Positions 1-9,127 of a stretch of DNA of 64,000 nt are shown piece after piece. A program made the translations under genes and the position numbers. Source of the stretch: Candidatus Sulfotelmatobacter sp. (GTDB lineage Bacteria; Acidobacteriota; Terriglobia; Terriglobales; Acidobacteriaceae). Under the pieces are notes generated by a model, which saw only the letters and a program-made list of their open reading frames with translations, ran no database searches and was not told the origin of the DNA. The stretch covers positions 21,339 through 85,338 of the forward strand of contig JBEKRE010000007.1 in the NCBI GenBank assembly GCA_049519055.1. The letters are read 5' to 3'. Each line of letters opens with the position of its first letter. The first letter of the stretch is position 1.

Positions 1-782
1 GCGTCGTAGGGCCCATGGCTCGCACCGTTGCCGACTTGAAAATTCTTTTCGAGATGATGCAAGGTCCAGACATTGGCGACACGAATGCCGCACCGGTGCC
101 CGTGCGCTGGCCGAGTGAAGTCGACACCAGGCAGCTGAGAGTTGGTTATTTCGAAGACGACGGCCGCACTCCGGTCACCCCGGAAACCCGAGCCGCCGTT
201 CGCACAGCGGCAGAAGCCCTGCGCAGCAAGGGTTTCCAGGTGGAGCCTTTTCAGCCCCAAGAGCTCGAAGAAGCGCGTCAACTGTGGCGGAAGTATTTCG
301 TCGTCGCCGGCGGGATGCTCATCAAGCCGATGTTCAAGGACCGCGAATCCGACATCAGTCCTATCCTGAAGCAGTTTCTGGAACAGTCTGCAACCGAACC
401 GGTTCTCTCCGCCGAGGACCTGCTCGATGCTTGGGTCCGCCGGGATACGGTCCGCCTGCAGTTTTTCAGCCAGATGGAGCAGTACCCAATCCTGCTCTGT
501 CCGGGCGCCGCCATTCCAGCTTTCCGCCACGGCGAGCGCAGTTGGCTGATTGAGGGCCAGACCGTCGACTATCTCGATGCCTGGAGTTATACCGAGTTCT
601 TCAATTTATTAGGTAATCCCGCCGCAATAGTTCCCGTGGGCCACTCATCCGCGGGGCTGCCCATTGGCGTGCAGATCATTGGACGCCCTTGGGAAGAAGA
701 GCAAGTATTGTCTGTTGCTGCTACGCTGGAGGTCGAATGTGGCGCGTGGAGGATCCCGCCGCTGGCACGGGAATCGTCCTGA
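1..782 (+). CDS. amidase-signature family amidase, C-terminal ~255 aa (5' end lies upstream of the window)
   Basis: The frame of ORF 15..782 stays open back to base 3. 'GPMARTVADL' matches the conserved mid-protein GP(M/L)ARxVxD block of amidases, and the tail 'LPIGVQIIGRPWEEE' is amidase-like. Confidence 0.8.
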   Translation, partial: VVGPMARTVADLKILFEMMQGPDIGDTNAAPVPVRWPSEVDTRQLRVGYFEDDGRTPVTPETRAAVRTAAEALRSKGFQVEPFQPQELEEARQLWRKYFVVAGGMLIKPMFKDRESDISPILKQFLEQSATEPVLSAEDLLDAWVRRDTVRLQFFSQMEQYPILLCPGAAIPAFRHGERSWLIEGQTVDYLDAWSYTEFFNLLGNPAAIVPVGHSSAGLPIGVQIIGRPWEEEQVLSVAATLEVECGAWRIPPLARESS

Positions 783-904
783 GTCTCTCAGCATAGTATT
801 TTTGCACTATTCCCTGCGCGCTTGCAGATGAGTAAGTTGATTCGCACACGGTTTCACGCACTGTGGGTTGAAATCCGTGCCCTAGGTGTCTCAGTCTTTT
901 CGGA

Positions 905-3793
905 ATGCTTGGAAGCTCACCATCCCAGGGATTCATACGTCGGGCACTTTCGTGGCTGCTGCCGTTCCTCGTGATCTCGGCCTTTTACCTCTACACCTTC
1001 CCCCAACCCAATATTTTCTACGCCGTTGTGGTGCTGCTGCACGCGCTCGCCGGCGTAATCGCAACCATCTTGCTGATCCCCGCGCTTTTTCAACTTCTGC
1101 GAAACGGAACCATCAGCGCGCGAGCCGGTTGGTTTCTCATCGCGGTGGGGGCGGTTCTCGGACTGATTCTCATCAAGACTGGTACCCCGCGCGACGAGTG
1201 GAAGTGGCTCTATCTGCACATCCTGATCGCGCTTGCCGGAGTCGGTCTTCTGATCGCCGATAAGCTCGGAAGGCTCGGCTGGCTGTCCGCGAGCGCGAGC
1301 GTGACAGCCGTGCGCGCCGCCGTTTGCCTGCTGCTGCTGTCAGGATTCGTCTACGGTGCACACCACATCCGCGAAAGTTGGCAGACGCGTGCCCCCATCC
1401 AGAATCCCTCCATGCCGCCCGACAACATGAATGGTGAAGGCGATGGGCCTGAGGGCTCGTTCTTTCCTAGTTCCGCGCAGGTTTACGGCAAACAGAAAAT
1501 TCCCAGCAAGTTCTTCATGGAGTCTGATTCCTGCAAGCGATGCCATGAAGATATCTACAACCAGTGGTTCAGCTCGGCTCATCATTTTTCTTCGTTCAAC
1601 AATCAGTGGTACCGCAAGGCCATCGAGTACATGCAGGATACGGTCGGCACCAAGCCTTCGAAATGGTGCGGCGGCTGCCACGATCCCGCCGTGCTGTACA
1701 GCGGCCTGATGGACACTCCGATCAAGCAAATCGTGCATCGTCCCGAATCGCAGGCTGGCCTGGGCTGCATGATGTGTCACTCCATCGCCGACGTGAAAAG
1801 CACCATGGGCCAGGCGGATTTTTATCTGGAGTATCCCAAGTTGCACGAACTTGCCGCCGCGCAGAACCCGGTGGCGCGTGCCTTGCACGATTTCCTGATT
1901 CGCCTGAATCCTGAGCCACACCGGCGTGTGTTTCTCAAACCGTTCATGAAAACACAGACAGCCGAATTCTGTTCCACCTGCCACAAAGTCCATCTCGACA
2001 TTCCCGTGAATCACTATCGCTGGTTCCGCGGCTTCAATGAATACGACAATTGGCAGGCCAGCGGAGTTTCCGGGCAAGGAGCACGATCCTTTTACTACCC
2101 GCCCAAGCCGCAGCAATGCGCCGATTGCCACATGCCCGCCGAAGCCTCGAAAGATGCTGGCAACGTGGACGGGTTTGTGCACTCGCATCGTTTCCCCGGC
2201 GCGAACACTGCAGTGCCAACGGCGAACCAAGATACCGCACAGCTGAAGCTTACCGAAGGATTCCTGAAGAGCGGCGCTCTCACGGTGGATATCTTTGCGT
2301 TGTCGCCTGCACAGGCGCCCTTGAAAACGGGTGCGGCGAGCCAGTCCGATCTGGCCACAACCTTCGCCGTGGGTGAAGAAGCGGAAACCAAAATAACCCC
2401 CGACGCGGGCGGCGAAGTTGCGCCCGCCACTGCTCCGCTGAACCGCGTGCAGCCGGCGCTGCGCCGGGGCGATACTGTCCGCGTTGATGTCGTCGTTCGC
2501 ACCAAGAAAGTCGGACACTTTTTCCCCGGCGGCACGGTCGATGCCTACGACACGTGGCTCGAACTGAAAGGCACCGACGACAAAGGCCAGACGATCTTCT
2601 GGAGCGGCATGGTCGAAGGCGATGGCAAAGGTCCGGTGGAGAAAGGGGCGCATTTTTATCGTTCGCTGCAGATCGACGCCCACGGCAATCCCATCAACAA
2701 GCGCAACGCCTGGGCCACGCGGGCCGTGGTTTATGTTCGCCTGATTCCACCGGGCGCGGCCGACACCGTGCACTACCGCATGCAGATTCCCGAAAACACC
2801 GGAAACAAGATCACCTTGCATGCGCGCCTCTGCTACCGGAAGTTTTCATGGTATGGCACGCATGAAGCGTTCGCCGGGCAACCCGACCCCACATCGCCGA
2901 ACTCGGTTACCCCCGACTACGACGATCGTCCGACGGTGTTCACGGCATCGCTGAGCGGCGTTTCGGCCAAACAGGAAATAATTCCCGATCTACCGATTGT
3001 TACCGTAGCGGAGAACGAAGTGACGCTGCCTGTGATCGCACACAATGCTCCCGCTTCTCCACCGCGAACAGTCACCCTTAAGGACGAATGGCAGCGCTGG
3101 AATGATTACGGAATCGGCCTGTTTCTGCAGGGGGACTTGAAGGCCGCGGCGTTAGCGTTCCAGAAAGTGACCGAGGCTGATCCGAACAATCCCGATGGCT
3201 GGGTGAATATCGGCCGGTGTGCCGTGCAGGAAGGCGACATGGAACGTGCCCGGGTCGTCCTCGAGAAAGCGCTGGCCTTAGCCCCGAATCTGGCGCGCGC
3301 CAACTATTTCTATGCTCGCGTGCTGCGCAGTGACGGCAATTACGAGGTCGCCGCCGCCCGGTTGCGTGTTGTGCTCAGCCAGTATCCACGTGATCGCGTC
3401 GCGCTCAATGATCTGGGACGCGTCCTCTTTCTGCAGCGAAAATACGAAGAGGCAGTGAGGACTCTGGAATCCGTGTTGGCGATTGACCCCGAAGACCTGC
3501 AGGCGCACTACAACTTAATGCTATGCTACGGCGGTCTGGGCAACGAAAAGCTCGCAAAGGAACACGAGACGCGTTACTTGCGTTTCAAAGCCGATGAGTC
3601 TTCCCAGGCAATCACCGGGCCCTATCGACAGTCGCATCCTGAAGACAACAACGAACGGCAGGCCGTGCATGAGCATGTTTCCGTCCCGCTCCCGACGCTG
3701 CGCAGGAGTCATGTGGGCACAGCCGCCTCGGCTGTGCGGCCGGGCAAAGCCCAGCTTGTGCCCGCTACCGCTTCCGCCGGGGCATCGAGATGA
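905..3793 (+). CDS. membrane-anchored multihaem (5x CXXCH) c-type cytochrome fused to C-terminal TPR repeats
   Basis: The N-terminal ~150 aa are hydrophobic, with about 4 predicted TM helices. Five CXXCH motifs lie at nt 1532-1546, 1667-1681, 1766-1780, 1970-1984 and 2117-2131. The first has the 'CxxCHxxxYxxWxxSxH' pattern typical of Cytochrome_C554-type multihaem domains. The C-terminal ~180 aa are TPR-like. Confidence 0.8.
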   Translation: MLGSSPSQGFIRRALSWLLPFLVISAFYLYTFPQPNIFYAVVVLLHALAGVIATILLIPALFQLLRNGTISARAGWFLIAVGAVLGLILIKTGTPRDEWKWLYLHILIALAGVGLLIADKLGRLGWLSASASVTAVRAAVCLLLLSGFVYGAHHIRESWQTRAPIQNPSMPPDNMNGEGDGPEGSFFPSSAQVYGKQKIPSKFFMESDSCKRCHEDIYNQWFSSAHHFSSFNNQWYRKAIEYMQDTVGTKPSKWCGGCHDPAVLYSGLMDTPIKQIVHRPESQAGLGCMMCHSIADVKSTMGQADFYLEYPKLHELAAAQNPVARALHDFLIRLNPEPHRRVFLKPFMKTQTAEFCSTCHKVHLDIPVNHYRWFRGFNEYDNWQASGVSGQGARSFYYPPKPQQCADCHMPAEASKDAGNVDGFVHSHRFPGANTAVPTANQDTAQLKLTEGFLKSGALTVDIFALSPAQAPLKTGAASQSDLATTFAVGEEAETKITPDAGGEVAPATAPLNRVQPALRRGDTVRVDVVVRTKKVGHFFPGGTVDAYDTWLELKGTDDKGQTIFWSGMVEGDGKGPVEKGAHFYRSLQIDAHGNPINKRNAWATRAVVYVRLIPPGAADTVHYRMQIPENTGNKITLHARLCYRKFSWYGTHEAFAGQPDPTSPNSVTPDYDDRPTVFTASLSGVSAKQEIIPDLPIVTVAENEVTLPVIAHNAPASPPRTVTLKDEWQRWNDYGIGLFLQGDLKAAALAFQKVTEADPNNPDGWVNIGRCAVQEGDMERARVVLEKALALAPNLARANYFYARVLRSDGNYEVAAARLRVVLSQYPRDRVALNDLGRVLFLQRKYEEAVRTLESVLAIDPEDLQAHYNLMLCYGGLGNEKLAKEHETRYLRFKADESSQAITGPYRQSHPEDNNERQAVHEHVSVPLPTLRRSHVGTAASAVRPGKAQLVPATASAGASR

Positions 3794-5517
3794 ACTGCCG
3801 GCTTGCGCTTCGATCTACAAAGCTCGTCTGTGTCTCTGCGTCTCTTTGGTGGATGTCTTTTTCTCTAGCCACTAGCCAAGCCCAGCAAATCAACTTCCGC
3901 GACATCACGGCGCAGGCGGGCATTCGATTCATGCACAACAACGGCGCGTTCGGAAAAAAGTGGCTGCCTGAAACCATGGGGCCGGGTTGCGCTTTCATCG
4001 ACTATGACAATGATGGCTATCCCGACATTCTCCTGGTGAATGGCGAAGACTTCCCCGGGCATCCGCACTCCGGGCCGACGACCCCAAAGCTATATCGCAA
4101 TAATCGCAACGGAACCTTCACAGACGTAACCCGCCAAGCCGGCCTCGCAGTGCCCATGTTTGGATTCGGAGTGGCCGTTGGAGACTATGACAATGACGGC
4201 TTCGATGATCTTTTCATCACGGCATTAGGACAAAGCCATCTCTTCCACAACAATGGCAATGGTACCTTCACAGACGTAACCAAGTCTGCCGGAATGCTGG
4301 GGCCGAACGAATTCTCAACCAGCGCCGCATGGGTGGATTACGATCGCGACGGCAAACTTGATCTCGTGGTCGCGAACTATGTGCGCTGGACCGAGCAGAC
4401 CGACCTCTACTGCACCCTCGACGGCGCGCATAAATCTTATTGCACCCCAGAGTCGTATCAGGGCACGTCCGTACGTTTGTGGCACAACTTGGGCAACGGA
4501 AAGTTTGAAGATGCCACGCAGAAGGCCGGCCTCGGCGATCCCACTTCGAAAAGTTTAGGCATTGCCATCCTCGATTACAACGCAGATGGTTGGCCCGACA
4601 TTCTGATCGCCAACGACACTCAGCCCAACAAACTCTATCTCAACAAGAAAGACGGGACGTTCGAAGAGCGCGGTGTGGCGGCTGGGATTGGGTTCAGTGA
4701 AGACGGGGTTGCCCGCGCCGGAATGGGGGTCGACGCCGCCGACTACGACCGCAGTGGGCACGCCAGCGTCCTCATCACCAACTTCGCGAATCAGATGGCT
4801 TCGCTGTATCACAACGAAGGCAACGGCTTGTTCGTGGATGAAGCTCCGCAATCCGAAGTAGGCCGCGCCACGCTGGTCACGCTCGGATTCGGCTGCTTCT
4901 TTTTCGATTATGACAACGACGGCTGGCCGGATATTTTCGTCGCCGACGGCCATATCGAAGATGCGATCGAACGGGTGCAGAAACGCGTGAGGTATGCCGA
5001 GCCCTCGCATCTGTTCCGCAACCTCGGTGGAGGCAAGTTTCAGGAAGTGACGGCGCAGATGGGGCTAGCCTTTGCCGCTCCGCGACTGGCGCGGGGCGCG
5101 GCCTATGCCGATATCGACAACGATGGCTTTCTCGATGTTCTGATTACGACAAACGCAGGCCGGGCATATTTATTCCGCAACGAAGGCGGAGCAAATCACA
5201 GCCTGCGCGTGAAACTCGTGGGCACAAAATCGAACCGCGACGGCATCGGCGCCGTCGTGCAGGTGACCTCCGACGACAACAAAGACAAGCAATGGAAGAT
5301 GCTGCGCTCCGGTTCGAGTTATCTTTCGCAAAGCGAACTCGTGCTCACATTCGGCCTGGGCGCGCAAACCAAAGCCGACGGTATTGAAATTCAGTGGCCC
5401 AGCGGCCAGGTGGATAAACTTTCGAACCTGAATGCCGGACAAACCGTTACCGTCCAGGAAGGGAAGGGTATTGTGAGCACCCGTGCCTACGGCCCCTCGT
5501 CGAAATCCTCCAGATAA
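3790..5517 (+). CDS. secreted FG-GAP/VCBS repeat protein with UnbV_ASPIC domain (CRTAC1 family)
   Basis: It has a signal-peptide-like N-terminus and seven 'DYDNDG(W/Y/F)xD'-type repeats. The C-terminal 'LRVKLVGTKSNRDGIGAVV...GSSYLSQSE...IEIQWPSG' block is typical of UnbV_ASPIC. Its ATG overlaps the upstream stop (ATGA at 3790-3793). Confidence 0.85.
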   Translation: MNCRLALRSTKLVCVSASLWWMSFSLATSQAQQINFRDITAQAGIRFMHNNGAFGKKWLPETMGPGCAFIDYDNDGYPDILLVNGEDFPGHPHSGPTTPKLYRNNRNGTFTDVTRQAGLAVPMFGFGVAVGDYDNDGFDDLFITALGQSHLFHNNGNGTFTDVTKSAGMLGPNEFSTSAAWVDYDRDGKLDLVVANYVRWTEQTDLYCTLDGAHKSYCTPESYQGTSVRLWHNLGNGKFEDATQKAGLGDPTSKSLGIAILDYNADGWPDILIANDTQPNKLYLNKKDGTFEERGVAAGIGFSEDGVARAGMGVDAADYDRSGHASVLITNFANQMASLYHNEGNGLFVDEAPQSEVGRATLVTLGFGCFFFDYDNDGWPDIFVADGHIEDAIERVQKRVRYAEPSHLFRNLGGGKFQEVTAQMGLAFAAPRLARGAAYADIDNDGFLDVLITTNAGRAYLFRNEGGANHSLRVKLVGTKSNRDGIGAVVQVTSDDNKDKQWKMLRSGSSYLSQSELVLTFGLGAQTKADGIEIQWPSGQVDKLSNLNAGQTVTVQEGKGIVSTRAYGPSSKSSR

Positions 5518-5558
5518 TGCTTTACGGTGTGTTCCCTTGTGTCCGCTGTGTTTAAATC

Positions 5559-8500
5559 TTGAATCAGATGATCTCCCGACTCTCAGTCGCCTTAGCCGGC
5601 ATACTAGCTGCCGCCCTGGGCCTGTTCGCGACCGCTCCGCAAACTCAGTCGAAGGCGAATCCCGTCGAAGCGGCGCGCCTGAACAATCTCGGCGCCGCCT
5701 ACCTGAACCAGCAGCTCTTCGAGAAGGGACTCAGGGCATTCCAGCAAGCAGCGGAGCTCGATCCTAATCTCGCCATGGCCCGCCTCAATGAAGGCATCGC
5801 CTTGTTGAATATGCAAAAGATCGAGGAAGCCAAAGTGGTTTTGCAGGATGCGCTCAAGCGGGATCCGAAGAACTCCAACGCGTGGTACAACCTCGGCCTG
5901 CTGGCAAAAAATACCGGCGACGCTCAATCCGCCATTGAGGCCTTTCATCACGTAGCTGAGATCGATCCGAATGATGCGGACACCTGGTATTTCCTGGGTA
6001 CGGCGTTCGTGCAGGCAAAAGAATTTCCACAGGCGATCGATGCCTTCCAGCACGCTCTGCAACTCAACCCATTGCACGCCTCCGCTGAGTTCGGGTTGTC
6101 GCGCGCCTACCAGCAATCCGCTGCGATCGACCAGGCCCGGGAGCACCTGAAAAAGTTCCAATACATCACGCAAAACAAAATCGGTGCGCCCATGAGCCTG
6201 GCTTACGGCGAGCAGGGACAATACTCGCGCGCCGTCGAGTCGCCGTCGGCGGTTTTGAAAGCACCCGCGCAGATCAAGGTGCGGTTTGTGGATGTGACGA
6301 GCACCGCTGGACTGACACCAAAGATTTCGAATCACAGAAGCGACGGCTTGGAATCTGGCCTGGCTCCCGGCGCTTGCTTCATCGATTACGACAACGATGG
6401 CCGCCCCGATATTTTTTTGCCCGACAATGGCAAAGACGGAGGCATGTCTCTTTACCACAACCTGGGAGGAGGCAAGTTCGAAGAAGATACAGTCCGTGCG
6501 GGCCTCGACAAGCAACTCCACGGCGTCGGTTGCGCCGCAGGTGATTACGACAACGACGGCTATGTCGACTTAGCGGTGAGTTTGGAGGGAGGTCTGCTCC
6601 TCCTGCATAACGAAAAAAATGGAACCTTCAAGGACGTAACGGAGACTGCTGGGATAAAGAGCGACGTGCGAGGCGGCGGGCTTACGTTCATCGATTACGA
6701 TCACGACGGCGATCTTGATCTCTTCGTCACGGGCAATAGAGAAAAGCCAGGGTCGCTTCCCGGGCATCTAACCGGGGCAAACGTGATGTTTCGTAACAAC
6801 GGTAACGGAACATTTACTGACGTCACTGAGTCTCTCGCACTGAACGGTAATACTCCGAACATTTCCGCTGTCGGCTTTGATTACAACAACGACCGCGCCG
6901 TCGATATAGTCACAACTGGTACTGGCAGTGGACCTGTCGATGCCAAGCTAAACCGTTATATGGGAACCCTGGTTTACGAGAACCCGCGCGAAGGACAGTT
7001 CATCCGACGTGAACTCTGGTCTTCCCCGGTGCCATCCCAGACAGCGGGGGTCGCGGTTCTTGACTTCGATCACGACGGTTGGATGGATTTGGCCTTCACG
7101 CACTTGGGCGCACCCGGCATCACGCTTTGGCGTAACAATCACGGGAAGACGTTCGATCGAGTAGAACTTCCCGAGACGAACTGGGCCGCTGCCTTCGGAA
7201 TCGCCGCCTTCGACTACGACAACGACGGCTGGGTCGACCTTGTCACCGTCGGCGAAAACAAAGAAGGGAAGGGAGAAGTGCGCCTCTTCCGCAATCTCGG
7301 CGCCGATGGCTTCAAGGACGTCACCGCCGACGTTGGCCTCGACAGGATTCAGCTCAAAGAGCCGCGCGCCATCATCACCGGCGATTACGATGGCGATGGC
7401 GCGACCGACCTGCTGATCACGCAGAATCACGGTCCGGCTGTGTTGTTGCGCAATGAAGGCGGCAATCAGAATCACTGGCTGCGCCTCTCGCTCAAGGGAC
7501 TGGCCGACAACAAGAGCGCTATCGGCACCAAGGTCGAAGTGTTCGCGGGCGGCAATCGGCAGAAATTTGAGCTCGCCGGTTCCAACGGATACTTGGGCCA
7601 GAATTCCACCGGCATCGTGATCGGCCTGGGCGACGCGAAAGAAGCCGACATCGTGCGCATGATGTGGCCCACGGGCGTGCTGCAAGACGAAATCAATGTC
7701 GCGGGCGACAAGCAGCAAGATTATCTCGAGATGGATCGTCGCGGCAGTTCCTGCCCTACGTTGTTTGCCTGGGATGGCGAGCGCTATGAACTCGTCGGCG
7801 ATATGCTGGGCGCGGGCGTGGTTGGACATTGGGTTGGTCCGGGTCAGCGCGACGTTCCGCGGCCAGTCGAATACATCAAGATCGATCGCAATGCGATTCG
7901 AGAAAAGAATGGAAAGCTGAGCTTTCGCTTTATGGAGCCTCTGGAGGAAGCTGTCTATCTCGATCAAGCGCAATTACTCGCGGTTGACCACCCGGCTGAT
8001 CTTGAGGTTTATCCCAATGAATATTTTGCGTCGAACCCGCCGTATCCGCCGTTCAAGGTGGTGGTCAGCCGCGATGCGCGTCCACTCGCAGGAGCGTGGG
8101 ATGAACAGGGCCACAATGTGTTGCCCGATCTTCTGGCCCATCGTTACGTCGGCGATTTTGCATTGACGCCGTTTCAGGGTTTTGCCCAGCCGCATAGTTT
8201 GCTCCTCGACCTGGATGAAGCTTACCGTGGTGGACCACTCTGGTTGCTGCTGCACGGCGAAGTCGAATACTTTTCGGCAAACAGCATGTACGCTGCATCG
8301 CAAGCGGGGGTGCAGGCGATTTCTCCTTATGTGGAAGCACTCGGCGCGAACGGCCAGTGGGTGCGCGTGATCGACGATATGGGATTCCCTGCGGGAGGCC
8401 CGCGGACCATGACCGCCGACCTCAGCGGCAAGCTACCGCTGGGCACGCAAAAGATTCGAATCACGACGAATCTGCAGATCTATTGGGACGGCATTGTGGT

Positions 8501-9053
8501 GAGCCGAACGCCTCAAGATCCTCAAAACAACGGCCAGAATGTGCGTCTAACGCCGGTTCCGCTGGTCCGCGCGGATCTCGGCTTCCACGGATTCCCGCTC
8601 AAGATCGAGGGTACGCCGCCCGGCAACGTGCAGTACATCTACGAAAAGGTGAGTGCGACCGGGCCGTACACGCGCCCGGCCGGCAGCTACACCCGCTACG
8701 GCGATGTGTTGCCGCTCCTGATAGCGGTGGACGATCAGTTCGTGGTCTTTGGCTCGGGCGATGAAGTGCGCCTCGACTTCGATCCGTCGAAGCTGCCGGC
8801 GCCGCCGGCTGGTTGGGTGCGTGATTACTTCTTTGCCGCTAAGGGCTATGAGAAAGATATGGACTTCTACGCCGCCGAGGGCAACTTTGTGGCGCCGCTG
8901 CCGTTCCTCAGAATGGGCGACTACCCGTATCAGCCCGGCCAGTCGTTCCCGCTCGATGACGCGCACGTGAACTATCTTCTCGAATACAACACCCAGCACA
9001 TGTCTGGAAACGAGCAGCGCGGCTACTGGTTCGACTATGGGGTTTCCAAGTAG
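5559..9053 (+). CDS. secreted TPR + FG-GAP/VCBS repeat + UnbV_ASPIC protein with a ~440-aa C-terminal extension
   Basis: The order is signal-like N-terminus, ~200 aa of TPR repeats, seven DYDxDG repeats, then an UnbV_ASPIC block ('NHWLRLSLKG...NKSAIGTKVEV...NGYLGQNS'). An unassigned extension starts at 'SCPTLFAWDGERYE'. The start may be TTG 5559 or ATG 5568. Confidence 0.85.
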   Translation: MNQMISRLSVALAGILAAALGLFATAPQTQSKANPVEAARLNNLGAAYLNQQLFEKGLRAFQQAAELDPNLAMARLNEGIALLNMQKIEEAKVVLQDALKRDPKNSNAWYNLGLLAKNTGDAQSAIEAFHHVAEIDPNDADTWYFLGTAFVQAKEFPQAIDAFQHALQLNPLHASAEFGLSRAYQQSAAIDQAREHLKKFQYITQNKIGAPMSLAYGEQGQYSRAVESPSAVLKAPAQIKVRFVDVTSTAGLTPKISNHRSDGLESGLAPGACFIDYDNDGRPDIFLPDNGKDGGMSLYHNLGGGKFEEDTVRAGLDKQLHGVGCAAGDYDNDGYVDLAVSLEGGLLLLHNEKNGTFKDVTETAGIKSDVRGGGLTFIDYDHDGDLDLFVTGNREKPGSLPGHLTGANVMFRNNGNGTFTDVTESLALNGNTPNISAVGFDYNNDRAVDIVTTGTGSGPVDAKLNRYMGTLVYENPREGQFIRRELWSSPVPSQTAGVAVLDFDHDGWMDLAFTHLGAPGITLWRNNHGKTFDRVELPETNWAAAFGIAAFDYDNDGWVDLVTVGENKEGKGEVRLFRNLGADGFKDVTADVGLDRIQLKEPRAIITGDYDGDGATDLLITQNHGPAVLLRNEGGNQNHWLRLSLKGLADNKSAIGTKVEVFAGGNRQKFELAGSNGYLGQNSTGIVIGLGDAKEADIVRMMWPTGVLQDEINVAGDKQQDYLEMDRRGSSCPTLFAWDGERYELVGDMLGAGVVGHWVGPGQRDVPRPVEYIKIDRNAIREKNGKLSFRFMEPLEEAVYLDQAQLLAVDHPADLEVYPNEYFASNPPYPPFKVVVSRDARPLAGAWDEQGHNVLPDLLAHRYVGDFALTPFQGFAQPHSLLLDLDEAYRGGPLWLLLHGEVEYFSANSMYAASQAGVQAISPYVEALGANGQWVRVIDDMGFPAGGPRTMTADLSGKLPLGTQKIRITTNLQIYWDGIVVSRTPQDPQNNGQNVRLTPVPLVRADLGFHGFPLKIEGTPPGNVQYIYEKVSATGPYTRPAGSYTRYGDVLPLLIAVDDQFVVFGSGDEVRLDFDPSKLPAPPAGWVRDYFFAAKGYEKDMDFYAAEGNFVAPLPFLRMGDYPYQPGQSFPLDDAHVNYLLEYNTQHMSGNEQRGYWFDYGVSK

Positions 9054-9127
9054 GGGAGCAATTTGCTGCTATAAAATCGTTTTAATATTGACATTTTTGC
9101 CCTACCCATAATCCAATAGGCGGACTC

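Noticed and set aside
763-778. TGGCACGGGAATCGTC at the end of the amidase gene resembles the -24 element of a sigma-54 promoter upstream of the cytochrome operon.
   Set aside because: The -12 position reads TCGT rather than TTGC (no GC dinucleotide at GG+12), and the site is about 130 nt from the start codon. This is not enough for a call.
1340-2821. A 493-aa ORF lies antisense to the cytochrome-TPR gene. Similar long antisense ORFs occur at 5604..6521, 6948..7973, 45148..46038, 59471..60184 and 60983..61837.
   Set aside because: Each lies fully inside, and opposite to, a gene with clear family motifs. Their translations are Arg/Gly/Ala-rich low-complexity sequence with no recognisable motifs. 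Long stop-free antisense frames are expected in GC-rich coding DNA.
9088-9112. A TTGACA (9088-9093) and a CATAAT (9107-9112) lie upstream of the APC permease and could be a sigma-70 promoter.
   Set aside because: The spacer is only 13 nt against the 16-18 nt optimum, and alternative hexamer pairings are no better.
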